Below, one piece after another: positions 22,591 through 34,359 of a DNA stretch of 64,000 bases. The translations under genes were made by a program, and so were the position numbers. The stretch comes from Mycoplasmataceae bacterium. Lineage in GTDB: Bacteria; Bacillota_I; Bacilli_A; Mycoplasmatales; Mycoplasmoidaceae. The DNA lies in assembly GCA_020024755.1 (NCBI GenBank), contig JAHHTH010000004.1, forward strand, positions 128,024-192,023, in the 5' to 3' direction. The first letter of the stretch is position 1. Each line of letters begins with the position of its first letter. Below the pieces are notes generated by a model, which was given only the letters and a program-made list of their open reading frames with translations, was not told the origin of the DNA and made no database searches.

Positions 22591-23184
22591 ATGATCGTAA
22601 CTAAAAAAGCTTATGACTTTACAGCAACAGCTGTAATGCCAGATAATCAAATTAAAGAAATTACATTATCAAAAAGTTTAGGAAAGAATGGTGCAGTTGT
22701 ATTCTTCTATCCAAAAGACTTTACATTTGTATGTCCTACTGAAATTATTGCTTTTGATAAAAGAGTAAAAGAATTTGAAGCTAGAGGATACAATGTAATT
22801 GGTGTATCAGTTGATAATGAATTCTGTCACTTTGCTTGAAAGAATACTGAAGTTAAGAAAGGTGGAATTGGAAATGTACAATTCCCATTAGTATCAGATA
22901 TTACTAAAGAAATTTCAAGAGCTTATGATGTATTAGTTGATGAAGCTGTTGCACTAAGAGGTTCATTCTTAATTGACAAGAACATGGTAGTAAGACATGC
23001 AGTTATCAATGACTTACCATTAGGAAGAAACATTGATGAAATGGTTAGAATGTGTGATACATTAAACTTCTTCAATGAACATGGTGAAGTTTGTCCTGCA
23101 AACTGACACAAAGGTGAAGAAGGTATGAAAGCAGATCCTAAAGGTGTTGCTGATTACTTATCTAAAAACTCAACAAAATTATAA
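22591..23184 (+). CDS. Typical 2-Cys peroxiredoxin (AhpC/Tsa type)
   Basis: ATG 22591 after AAGGAGAAAA. Peroxidatic FTFVCPTE and resolving EVCPANW (TGA=Trp). The track TTG start at 22531 was rejected. Confidence 0.92.
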
Positions 23185-23323
23185 TCGACCATAAATACTT
23201 AATATATATTAATAGTTCACTTCCAAGTGGACTATTTTTATTATTAGTTAGCATGGATACTTCTTGAATTAAAATAATATTTATTGCATAATAATAAATG
23301 TTATTATTCGTGGGGGTAAATGA

Positions 23324-24199
23324 GTGAACTCAACATATTATTCAACAGCAACCTTAGTTGCATGTATGATAGTTTATTTAATTTTTAATAGTAGAGTGAA
23401 TAAATATGGTTTTTCGCAAAAGGATTATAAGTTTGTAAGAAAGAGCCATTATTTCTCTAAAAGAAAAGAAATGAAGGCAATTAATCGTCATATAGATTTA
23501 TTGAATCTATTTGGTACTTTAGCAATCATATTAGGATATTTGTTAGTAGTTTTCTCTAATATTTCTGCAATCGATAGTAGTGTTGACTTAACAGCAAAAA
23601 GGGATGTATTAGGCTCATCAATTATTGTAGACTCTTACAATTCCATATTTAATTATAGTGACACAAAAATAGGCAGTCCAGATTGCACTATGAGTCTTTC
23701 TTGAGTTGGTATAGCATTAGTTTGTATATTCCCAATATATTTGGCATTGTCTGGACTTTTTTACTATTTCGCATTCAAACTATATACTCCTAAGTATTGA
23801 AGCAATACATTCTTCTATAACTTATTTATGGAAAAGTTCAATGATGAACAAAGTGAAAAGAAACAAAAGATTTGAATGATTGTTTTCATGACAACACAAA
23901 TAATAATTAATCTACTTTTAATATTAATGTTTATAGTAATTTTATCTAGTGAAAATGATATATCATATTACTTAGAAAACTTTAAGACTGAATGTTTCTA
24001 TGAATATGGTGAATATGGAATGAACTTATCATGAATGAATATTCCATGCATTGTGTTCAATGCTTTGACTATTGTTGCCTTCATTGTTAAAGTAGTTTCT
24101 ATGTGTAAATTAGAAGATGTTACATGAAAGAGATATCAAGCATCAATTATTTCAATTTATAATGAAGAAAGTGAAAGCAAAATTGGTAATATAAAATAA
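23324..24199 (+). CDS. Hypothetical multi-pass membrane protein
   Basis: GTG 23324 after GGGGG. The open frame joins track ORF 23324-23704 through TGAs to TAA 24197. About six hydrophobic segments. No family recognised. Confidence 0.5.
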
Positions 24200-24346
24200 T
24201 TTAGAATATATATCCAAAATAGTAAATTTCTGCCATTTTTTAATATAAAATTACCTATTTTTGCTACCTAAGTGTGAAAAAATCACATTTAATATGATAT
24301 TTTTATATAATTGAAGTAATTAAACAGGAAACGGAAGGGTAAGAAT

Positions 24347-25708
24347 ATGTTAGTTAAATTTATCGTAGGAAATGTTCTTTCATTCAATGAACAACAAGAA
24401 TTTTCAATGTTTGCAAACAACAAAATGAATAGAATGAATGAAAGAAATTATATTTGAACAGACAAACAAATCCTAAGATTAGGAGCAATTTTTGGTGCAA
24501 ATGCTTCTGGAAAAACCAATTTAATTGAATCCTTATCAATAATGAAGGACTATGTAAAAAACACATATAGTCATGCAAAATATAGATCAGATTATTTCTT
24601 ATTTAACAAACCAGATAAACCAAGCTATTTTGAAGTTGGTATTTTAATTAATGATCAACTTTATGCATATGGATTTGAAGTTATTCTTTCGCAATCTAAG
24701 ATAATTAGTGAATGACTATATTTAATTAAAGGACAAAAGGAAGAAAAAATATTTGAAGTAGACAAAGATAGAAAAATCTCATGAGGCTCTAGCGTTAATA
24801 AAGATTTGATTAAAAGAATTAAAGTAGCATATGAAATGGATTTTGTTCAATCAGATGATTTATTAATTACATTTTTAAATTGAGGCAAACCTTCATTTAA
24901 AAAGGCAGAGGGCTCAGAGATCTTTGTGCAAATTTATAGATGATTTAGAAATAATTTAATAATTATTAGTCCTGAGGACAAATATATTGATCAAATTGTT
25001 TTTGAGGATAATTTTATAATGAACCTTTCAGAATTGTTATCAGGGTTTGATACAGGTATTAAGAGAGTCGAAACTAAAGAAGTAGCTGAAGATGAAGTTA
25101 GAAAAGAAGTTGGAAGCAAAATATTTTCTGATGTAACTTATACTTTGAATCGCGGAAAAACAAGAGACTTAAATTTTAAAATGAAGGAAAGCAAGTCTCT
25201 GTTAATAGGTAATGAAATATTTATTATGGAAATATCTAGTGAAGCAGAATGTAAATTCAAAAAATTAGTTTTCTTTCATGATGATAGTGAAACTGAATTT
25301 TCTTATTCTAATGAATCAGATGGTACAAAAAGATTAATTCAAATCTCAACAATATTAATGAGTAAAAATGATGATTTAGTATTTTTAGTAGATGAACTTG
25401 AAAGATGCCTTCACCCTCACCTAACATGAGGATTTATAGAATCTTTCTTATCTAGAAATATAACTAATAGAAATCAATTAATAATGGCTACTCATGAACT
25501 TTACATCATGAATCAAGATTTATTAAGAAGGGATGAAATTTGATTCACAAACAAAATAAATAATGCAACTGAGTTGTATTCACTATCACAATTCAATGTT
25601 AGAAACGATAAAGTTATATTGAATGGATATAATGATGGCAGATTTGGTGGAGTGCCATATATCAATCCTATAATTGATTTTAAAAGTTTAAGGGATGGTA
25701 AAAATTAA
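24347..25708 (+). CDS. AAA15/ABC-like ATPase (AbiLi / AriA / PtuA-like), cassette 1
   Basis: 453-aa frame through TGAs. N-terminus LVKFIVGNVLSF, Walker A GANASGKTN, signature-like SDGTKRL, Walker B LVFLVDELERCLHP and H-loop MATHE. Confidence 0.85.
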
Positions 25709-26646
25709 TGAGAAAACCAAATAGAATTGGAGTTGATGTTAGAGAAACGAAAACTGAATATGAAGTACACCATCTATTTTATGAAGGTGTAGTTACAGAA
25801 CATCAATACTTTTCCTATTTGATTAAAAATAACGATTGAATTCTTAAACGCGAAAGAATATCAGTTAAACTTCTAAATAGATATGGATCAGAAGTTGGTT
25901 TATCTAATCCTAATACAATGTTGTCAAGAATTAATGATCTGATTAATTCAAAGAAAATAAATAAGGAATTAGTATTAGACAACATTTCTAAATTCATAGA
26001 ATCTCATTCAACCAATCTAAGTAATGCCCAAGAAGTAAATAAAGCTAAGCAAAAAACAATTGAAGAAATTAATGAATTATTGAAAGGGATGGATATTTCA
26101 GAAATAGTTAGCAATGCTAATATACTAGCAACGAAAATTAAACAAATTATTGACAAGAATCTTTTTCCAATTGATGATGTTAATGAAATTATTAAATTAG
26201 TTAAAACAAGTCAAAGATTTGCTGATGGCGACAAGATTCATTTAGTTTGCGATATTGACAAGCACTTTAATAGTCAAGAAAAATATAATAAATTCATAGA
26301 GAAATGTAAACATGAAAAAGTTAATGTATATATAACTAAACCATGTTTTGAATTATGAATATTGTTTCATCATAGTGATTGTAAATGCTATGACTATAAC
26401 AATTTACTAAATAATACTAAAATTGGAAATAATGGTAAATTTATTTCATGAAAATTAAGAGACTTTCATGCAATGTCGAAGAAACATATTAATGATGAAA
26501 AGTTCTACTCTAATCTAGTTAATGTTCAAAAAGCAATTGATAATTCATTAAATTATTCTACTAATCTATTTGAGTTATATGACAAATTAGGAACAAATAT
26601 TCCTGATCTTCTTATAATGATATTTAAAAAGAATCTACACAAGTAG
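25708..26646 (+). CDS. RloB-like (Toprim-related) protein, cassette 1
   Basis: ATG overlaps the ATPase stop (TAATG). N-terminal YEGVVTEHQYF resembles the RloB motif EGxxTExxYF. Also has IHLVCDIDK and ITKPCFELWILFH. Confidence 0.8.
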
Positions 26647-26678
26647 TTAAATAGTAGAATCAGCAAGATACATTAAAT

Positions 26679-26731
26679 GCTTGATTGAGAAATTAGATGG
26701 ATTTTGCTTGATTGAGAAATTAGAAGGATTT
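26679..26731. repeat. 27-bp tandem duplication
   Basis: GCTTGATTGAGAAATTAGATGGATTTT followed at once by GCTTGATTGAGAAATTAGAAGGATTT. Lies between the RloB-like and HNH genes. Confidence 0.9.
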
Positions 26732-26771
26732 ATAATTTATTAATATATTAAATTAATGAAGAGGTAGTCAT

Positions 26772-27041
26772 ATGCAAATTAATGATACTAAACTTAAGAA
26801 AATTTGAGAAAAAGCACCATACTGCAGTTGTAATCAAATTGATTGTTCTCCAAATAACCACAGATTATGTCCTATATGTGGTGAAAAAATGTTATGAGGT
26901 GCATATTGAGGTCATGTAACACAAAGAAATAGCTATTTTGCTTGAGACATAGATCATATTATCCCTATATCAAAAGGTGAAACTAGTGAACTATCTAATT
27001 TAAGAGCAGTTCATGCTAGATGTAATCGTTCTAGAAAATAA
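26772..27041 (+). CDS. Small HNH endonuclease with CxxC zinc knuckle, cassette 1
   Basis: 89-aa frame (5 TGA=Trp) after GAGGTAG. Contains CPICGEKM, WDIDHIIPISKGE and NLRAVHARCN. About 55% identical by eye to the ORF at 59461-59781. Confidence 0.85.
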
Positions 27042-27244
27042 ATCTAGAACATATAAAAACTTCTAAAGTATTTATGTGTTTTAAATTATGAAACAATTTA
27101 TATCAAGGATATCACTTAGTTTTATTTATTAATCATTTTTAAAATCAATATCCTCATTTAACTTAGACTCTATTCTATTAATTTGTTCTATATCTATTAA
27201 TGAAACTGATCATCTTATACATCATAAATAACCTTATTGAATAG

Positions 27245-27275
27245 AGAATAGATATATTGTATCTATTCTTTTATT
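27245..27275 (+). terminator. Hairpin terminator
   Basis: Perfect 10-bp stem AGAATAGATA-TATTG-TATCTATTCT followed by a T-rich run. Confidence 0.5.
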
Positions 27276-27377
27276 TAGTTATTTGCTATTTATATATATC
27301 TAGCTATAATTAGTGGTTAAAGAAAATAATAATAGTAATCCTATTGATACTATAATTAAATATTGAGGTTAATGAAT

Positions 27378-27824
27378 ATGGAATTAAATGTACAAGATCA
27401 ATATCTAGACGATTATGAAGAAGAAGATGAAGATGAAACAGAACTAGATGATGCATTTAGTTTTATTACTAAAAGCATTAAATCTGTAACAGATAAAGCT
27501 AAATTAGTAATGAATGATGCAATACTAGGGATAAGAGATAATGCAGAAAAGAGAAAAATCCAAGCATTATTGGAAAGTGAATCTTTCCAATCATTACTAA
27601 ATTATATTGTGATAGATTATGTTAAAGGTCTATGCAACTGAAGAAACAGATTTGAAGAATTATCTAAGGATGATTGCAGAAGAATTGCTATAGAAACTAA
27701 ACAACCACAATATATTGAACAAATAACTGAATATGTTCATAAAGTCTATATGCCAATATTCTATTCTTCTTTTTGTGAATTAATTAGTAGCAAAAAGAAA
27801 GTTTATAAGTTGGTTAGTAAGTAG
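27378..27824 (+). CDS. Hypothetical protein with strongly acidic N-terminus
   Basis: ATG 27378 lies 9 nt after GAGG. Track ORF 27363-27641 extends through TGA to TAG 27822. Contains the run DDYEEEDEDETELDD. No family recognised. Confidence 0.5.
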
Positions 27825-28051
27825 GGGAATGGTAGCATTGTTTCAATAAATTAGTGGAAGTATTTTTCATTAATTTTTTTACCAAGAACCAAAGAAAAAA
27901 CATTTTTACAATTGAATGAAAAAACTCATTAATAAAAAATGATTATAATATGCACAATTTTGTACCTATAAGTACAATTATATTTCAATATAATCTTTCT
28001 AGATGTAAGTGATAGTTATAGGCCTTATTATCAGCAAAAATTGAGTATGCA

Positions 28052-29704
28052 TTATAATAAACTTTTAAATATATCTTCAATCTTTTTTAACTTATCTCGT
28101 TTATAATCCTCTCTACATTTCAATAGATATTCCCATATGCTAATATAGGATTTGAAAATATTATTTTCCTCATTAAAATAGTCATCTAATTCTTCACCAT
28201 AGTATTTATCTAAAACAAAATAAATTATATCCATTAATAGTAGAACATATTGTTCACAGAATGATTCAGAACCAGTAACTTTCCCTTCCATACTTATATA
28301 TTTTATTCTTTTGGTTAATAATGGATGTCTGCCTTCTTTTATATAATTTGTTAGTTCAGTATCATTTGTTTTGTAACCAAAATTATTTTCTGCAAAGTTT
28401 TTTAGAGAACTTATAAAGGCAATCATTTCAGTCTTCCCAAATGCAAGAATATATAAATAATCTTCGATATATGATCTAAATGTACTTAATTTGATTTCTT
28501 TAAATCTATTTTTAATTTCAGCATATCATAACAATGCATAAGAATAAGCAATTGTGTCATACAACAAAATATGGCAAGCTGTATTTTCTCTTCATTCCAT
28601 ACTCATTTTGTAATTGAATATTATTTGATCTATATTGTAATATGTTAGAAATGCATATTCAACTTTGTCTAAATTAAGATTAAAATATTTTTCAATTTCT
28701 ATTTTTTTAAATAAGTCATACAATTGTCGACTTTGCATTACTGTGTTAATATCTTTATTTGAAAGTTCTTGGTGTATTTCTGCAATAAAAAACCTTGATA
28801 GCATTCATTCCATTTGTGGCTTGAATAATTTCATTTCATCAAAGGTTAATCCCTTAGATGCTTTAATTACTTCTTCCTGTTGATCACCGTCTTTGGAAAT
28901 ACTTGTATTTTTATTTTCTTCATAATCATATTCATTTTTTAACATTAATGTATTATGACGTTCATATTCTAGATGTTCAAGCACTTTTTTATATCTTGTT
29001 AAGTATAGATTTGGTTTGAATAGATCAAGTAGAGAAGAAATTGTCTTATATACTATTTCAGAGGTTTCGATCAATTTAGTAATATACTTGTTATGACAAT
29101 CTTTTACTTTATCACCATATACTTGATTCACGTTAAAACATACCATTTTATCTTTTTGTTGATGTATTAGTCCAGAAAGATCCTTTCAGAAGTCTAAAAG
29201 TTCTTCACAATATTTACTGTAAAGCTTTACAAAGGTATTGTCTTCCTTATTCGTTAATCAATTCTCTGTTAGGTATTTATGATCACCTGTCTCATGAAGC
29301 ATTCTTATTCTTAAGCAACAATCAAGTAACTTTCTATATTCTGTAAATGCTATATAGTATGAGCCAAAGTTTAAAGCAAGTATGAAATTTTGTAATGTTA
29401 ACCTAATTTCTTGGCAGAATTCTTGTAAATCTTTCCTACTAGTACAATCGTAAATGAAGTGCAGTGTTATTTCTAATTCTTGGAAATATGAAAACATTAA
29501 CTCACAGTGCATTCACCGGATTATGCAATTACTTTCAATTGTCTTATCAGCATTGTTCATATAAAAAAGCATTCACAAATGTAAATTTTTGTTTTCTATT
29601 ATTTCATCAAATTTTTCACTTCTTAGTAGCACTCTCATTGGAAAGAATGTTTTTGTAGGAACATCATCAAGTAATTTTGCTGTTTTAAAAGTTATTTTTT
29701 CCAT
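28052..29704 (-). CDS. Hypothetical 550-aa protein (orphan)
   Basis: Four track ORFs (28052-28426, 28592-28804, 28805-29146, 29258-29512) plus an upstream part are all in one frame, separated only by TGA. I translated it continuously from ATG 29704. Predicted helical. No family recognised. Confidence 0.65.
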
Positions 29705-29975
29705 TTTGTTCTCGCTATTTTTAAATTATAAATATGTTTCATTACAATTATTTAAATATTTATTAGAGAATGCCATAGTTTATACTATCTTTATTAATAT
29801 TGAAATAAATTTCATACTAGGAATTTTTGAAAGGTTTATAGCATAAAGATATTACCCCCTGAATAGTAGTTAACATAATATCATTTTTGGAATTATTAAT
29901 TTATTAAGAATTAGTAAATTATGAAATTTTGCTTATTGATAATTTTGATTATAAACACTTTTGTATAATAAATAT

Positions 29976-31058
29976 ATGCAATGTTCATTGATTAGTAGAA
30001 TAAAACATAGAGAAGTAAACCATGAAGAAATTGGTAAATGAGTAAAAGATAAAAGAACTAATGTTCTAGTATTAAGATTTATTGCTAGTTTATTTGTAAT
30101 AGGTGTACATCTAAGATTTATTTTAAACAAAGGTTATAGTTCAAATTCTATTTCTTTTTCTATAGTAGAATGCATTACTGTTACTGGTGTAGATATATTT
30201 ATAATTTGTACTGCCATATCTTCATACATGAAGAGTAAGAATAACTACAAAAGATATTTGATATTAGTTGGTATACTTTATCTGTGATCATTTTCTGTTC
30301 AATTACAAAACATTATAATGCATAATGATATTGATTATTTAGCATTATTTATTCCTTTCTTTTTTGGAAAGGACTTGTGATATTTAAGAGCATATGTTGT
30401 ATTCTATCCATTAATTCCTATTATAAACAAAGGCCTAAAGGATTTTAACTTAGCAATAATGTTCATTATCTTTTATATGATTTTTACTATAACTCAAAGC
30501 TTTGATATTAGAGAATTTAATATTTCAAGCGGATATCATATTCTTCATTTTATATTCTTATATATGTTTACAAGATCAATGATGATTGTATTCTTTAATT
30601 ATTTTGACAAAAGAAAATGAATATTAATAATATCTGGCTCATTATACTTATTGTTCTTATTATCTAATATCTTAACTACCTATTACATTAAAAGTAATAC
30701 TAGATATTCAGATTATCCAGTAATATTTATGGCAACTTCATTTAGTATCTTCTTTATGTTTTTAGATTTTAAGAAGAACAAGTTTAACAAGTTTATATGT
30801 TTCTTAGGGAGAAACTCGTTGTGATTTTATATATTGGATAATAGATTCTCTTGTATCCATAAATGAGGAATAAGTGGATGGTTCGGTAATATGAATAATT
30901 CATGTGTGTGTGTGTGTGAATACTTATGTGCATTTATTCTTAAAACATTGATCATAATATTAATTATTGTGGTATTCCATTTTATTTATATTGGTATTTC
31001 AAAATTAATATCTAAAAAGAAAGCAAAGAATGCAGAATATATTATATGCAATAAATAA
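29976..31058 (+). CDS. Membrane acyltransferase family 3 (O-acetyltransferase-like)
   Basis: 360-aa frame through six TGAs with ~9-10 hydrophobic segments. N-terminal LVLRFIASLFVIGVHL matches the acyltransferase_3 entry motif. Contains a (TG)8 tract. Confidence 0.72.
30903..30918. repeat. (TG)8 dinucleotide microsatellite inside the acyltransferase CDS
   Basis: tgtgtgtgtgtgtgtg read directly from the sequence, encoding CVCVC about 47 codons before the stop. Confidence 0.97.
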
Positions 31059-31152
31059 ATTTTCTAAATACTAGTTTCAAGTGCATTCTTACAACAATAT
31101 AAATTCATTTTTCTTGTAGTTTAATAATATTCATAGATGCTATAATAATCAT

Positions 31153-32097
31153 ATGAAATCTAAAACACTTTTTTTGTTTGAATCGAATTATAGTACCTTA
31201 CTTTCTATGGTTTATTGTTTTAAGAATAATATTAAAATTAATAGAGTTATTAATATATTTCAAGAAAACCAAAAAGGAACTAAGAGCATTCTTACTTATT
31301 TGCATAAAAAATATAATTATTGATGCGGATATCAAGACTTTTTTAAAAAAGTTTATTTTGCTTATTTTAAATTTATTAGAGCTGAAAAGTACGACATTAT
31401 TTTTACTTCACCGCATACACCTTCATATGAATTTGTACGTGAATATTTAAGCCAGAAAGGTTTGAATCCAAAGTACTACTTTGTTGATGATGGGTTAGCA
31501 TTTAAACAAAAAAAATATTGAGATCGTTTTGGTGACAAGATCAATTTGTCTACAAAGATGATTGTAGACTCTCCGAATAAGTTTATTTCCAAAAATAAGC
31601 AAGATGTTGTGAATCTATTCAATGATTTCCCTGAGCTATCAAAGAAACAAAAGAAATATATAAATAATTTCTTTGGATTATCTCTAAAGAAAATGGAAAA
31701 AGAAATGGACTGTATTTTATTAACACAACCGCTGTATGAAGATGGTTTATGTAATTTAGATGATAAACAATTACTTTACAACTTATATATTGATAATTTG
31801 TTAGATGGAAAAATAGAAGCAAAACAATTGTGAATAAAACCACACCCAAGAGAAACACAACTTGTTCGAATTAGTAATAAAAATGTAAACACATTCTATA
31901 TAGAAAGAAATATACCAATTGAGTTATTATTTTTAAATGGTTTGAAAGTAAAAAATATTGTAAGTTTTATTACTTCTACAATTATTTATAAAAAGTTTTT
32001 AGATTGCAATTTTATAAATTTAGATTTGAAATGAGAAAAAGGTATAAATGTAGATGAAATAAGAACTTGTATAAAAAAAACTAATTTTGTCTTATAA
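31153..32097 (+). CDS. Putative sialyltransferase (GT52-like)
   Basis: 314-aa frame through four TGAs, containing track ORF 31546-31833; track ORF 31178-31450 is the wrong frame. Both short bacterial sialyltransferase motifs are present: D/E-D/E-G (YYFVDDGLAF) and HP (WIKPHPRE). Similar in size to CpsK/LsgB. Adjacent to the neu operon. Confidence 0.6.
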
Positions 32098-33151
32098 AAT
32101 TAACAATTAATTTAGTTGCATATTTTAATGTGTTATTCTTACAGTATGGATTACTATGTTTTATTTTTAGATCCTTTAATGATTCGATAGCCTTTAAAAT
32201 GTCTTTTTCCTTACAAGGAATATTTATTATATTGTTACTTCTAATTCTTCCTAATTGTCTATCTCCAATATTTATAATTGGTTTGCAAAGACAAGGCACT
32301 TCAATAATTCCAGATGAAGAATTTCCTACTAAAGCTTTTGAATATGACAACAGTGAAAAGAAATCATCATTGCTAAGAGAAGGGAAGTAATCAAAATTAT
32401 TTTTAGAACAAAATTCCTTGATTAAATTAATGTATGTGTTTCCACCTACATCATTATTTCCACCTAAAAATACAAATTTATATCCATTATCTACTAATTT
32501 TTGGCATGTTCCAAGAAGAATTTTACCTTGGTTTATGTCATTCTTAATTGTTTCAGGATGGAATAATATAACTATGTAGTTTTTGTATTTTTTATAAAAA
32601 CTATTTATTTTAAAATTATGAACATTAGAGCACCCTAGAGATCCAATATTATGCACATTGCTTTTACCCATATTTAGAATGTTTTGTTTATATTGTTCAG
32701 TTGCTGTTAAATGTAATGAAGACATCATGGTTATTGAATGTCTTACAAATTCATCATATGCGCCTAAAGTTATTTCCCCTCCATGTAGATGTATTATAGG
32801 AATGTTCAACATTGCTGCACATATAGCAAAAGGAAGAATTTCACTTCTATCCCCTAATAGCATTAAATAATCAATCTTATTCTTTTTTAAATAATTTGTA
32901 AACTTGGTTTGAAGTTTAGACATAATATCAATGACTTGATATTTATCATTGTTTCTATCTGCATTAACTTTCATAATGTCTGCATTAGGAAAATCAGTTA
33001 ATACACTTTTATATGTAGAACCATATTTCTTTGATAGATGCATTCCGCTAATTAAAATTTTTAAATCAATTTCACTATCTAATTCTTTTAATAGTTTTCT
33101 CATGATTCAATAATCAGCTCTCGAAGTAGTTACATATAATAAATTAGCCAT
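32081..33151 (-). CDS. neuC: UDP-N-acetylglucosamine 2-epimerase (hydrolysing), NeuC-like
   Basis: Track ORF 32081-33103 extends N-terminally through TGA to ATG 33151 (MANLLYVTTSRADYWIM). Also HLHGGEIT, GNSSSGIIE. TAG stop. Confidence 0.87.
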
Positions 33152-34359
33152 TAAAACACCTTCTTATTTAGTAATTCATATGCACTATCATTTAAATGCA
33201 ATCCGTCTAATGAATATTGCAATAGTAAATTATTTTGATCACAAATATATTTATTGATATCAATAAAGTCATCTTTGTATATTAGTTTTAATTCATCATT
33301 TAATATCCTTACCTTGGATATAAATTCTTTCCCTCTATCATTTCTATATATTGTATATGGCACAGATAATACTTTAATTTGTTTTGGTTTTAGTGTCGAT
33401 ATTATCAAACTAATATTTTTTAATATTTCATTAACATTATTTGAAGATGCTAAATCATTACTACCAATTAAAATATAAAGATTATCTATGTCTATATTTA
33501 GATTAGCTGAGTTAATTAATTTAACATATTGTTCTGATCTAATTGTAGCTATCCCTCAATTAGAAATATTTTTAGGAAGAGGTCAATATTCAACTAGCGA
33601 ATCTCCTAACACTACATTTTTCAAATGTTTATTGTGAACGAAACTATTAAATTTAGTTTGTAATGAATTAAAGAGTTTTGACTGATTTGATTTATCTCTT
33701 ATTATGCTTAGTGCAATATTAAAGTCTTCAATATCATCTATATCGATTGATGATATCTTATCCATTAGATAAGCCTGAGTATTTCCTTTTAAAAAGAATG
33801 TTTTTAATTCTAGATATTTTTTAATGTTAGCAATATATATTGCACCATTTGGAGTATATTGTTGCTCAAAAGTTTGTCTTCCATAAGATGATAGTTTTGT
33901 ATCAGAAGTTAGATAATAATTAGTATCTAAGTTCATATATAAAGAAGTTGGTTTTGAAGCTTTGCAAAATGAAACTACCATATTATTGCCATTAAATAAA
34001 TTGAATGCTTCTTTAATATGCTCTGCATTTCTTAATGGAGATGTTGGTTGTAGTAAGCAAAAGGTATCGCCACCATTATAATTTTCCAAAATTAACTTTA
34101 AAGAATCATAACTAGACGTTTTATCACTAGCTTCTTGTTCTGTTCTCTTGTGATATGTCAATTTATCAGCATAAATAATTTTAACATCATTAATATATTT
34201 TTCTGAATCACTAGAGAATACTATTTCATCAAATTCATTAGATTCTATTGCTGCATCAATTGTATAAAAACACAGAGGTTTATTATACAGAAATAGCATA
34301 TTCTTATCTTTTAACCCCTTTGAGCCACTTCTAGCTAATATAATAGCAATCTTTCTCAT
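33151..34359 (-). CDS. neuA: Bifunctional CMP-N-acylneuraminate synthetase with C-terminal SGNH/GDSL esterase domain, NeuA-like
   Basis: Track ORFs 33583-34377 and 33151-33408 are in one frame, and the gap is open with TGA=Trp. N-terminal domain has IAIILARSGSKGLKDKN and LLQPTSPLR. C-terminal domain has SGNH blocks GDSLVEYW, GSND and DGLH. Confidence 0.87.

Noticed and set aside
29464-29846. Two overlapping plus-strand ORFs (64 and 85 aa).
   Set aside because: Antisense or edge shadows of the 550-aa minus-strand gene and its promoter region. No RBS, junk composition.
31170-31176. Homopolymer tracts as phase-variation switches: T7 in the sialyltransferase 5' end, T8 at 39386 in rfbF, A8 at 32073.
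   Set aside because: Runs of 7-8 A/T are expected by chance at this base composition. Only the G/C-containing (TG)8 stands out.
31178-31450. 90-aa plus-strand ORF predicted as a hydrophobic protein.
   Set aside because: Wrong reading frame within the putative sialyltransferase gene. The frame starting at ATG 31153 is continuous (with TGA=Trp) and carries the DDG and HP motifs.
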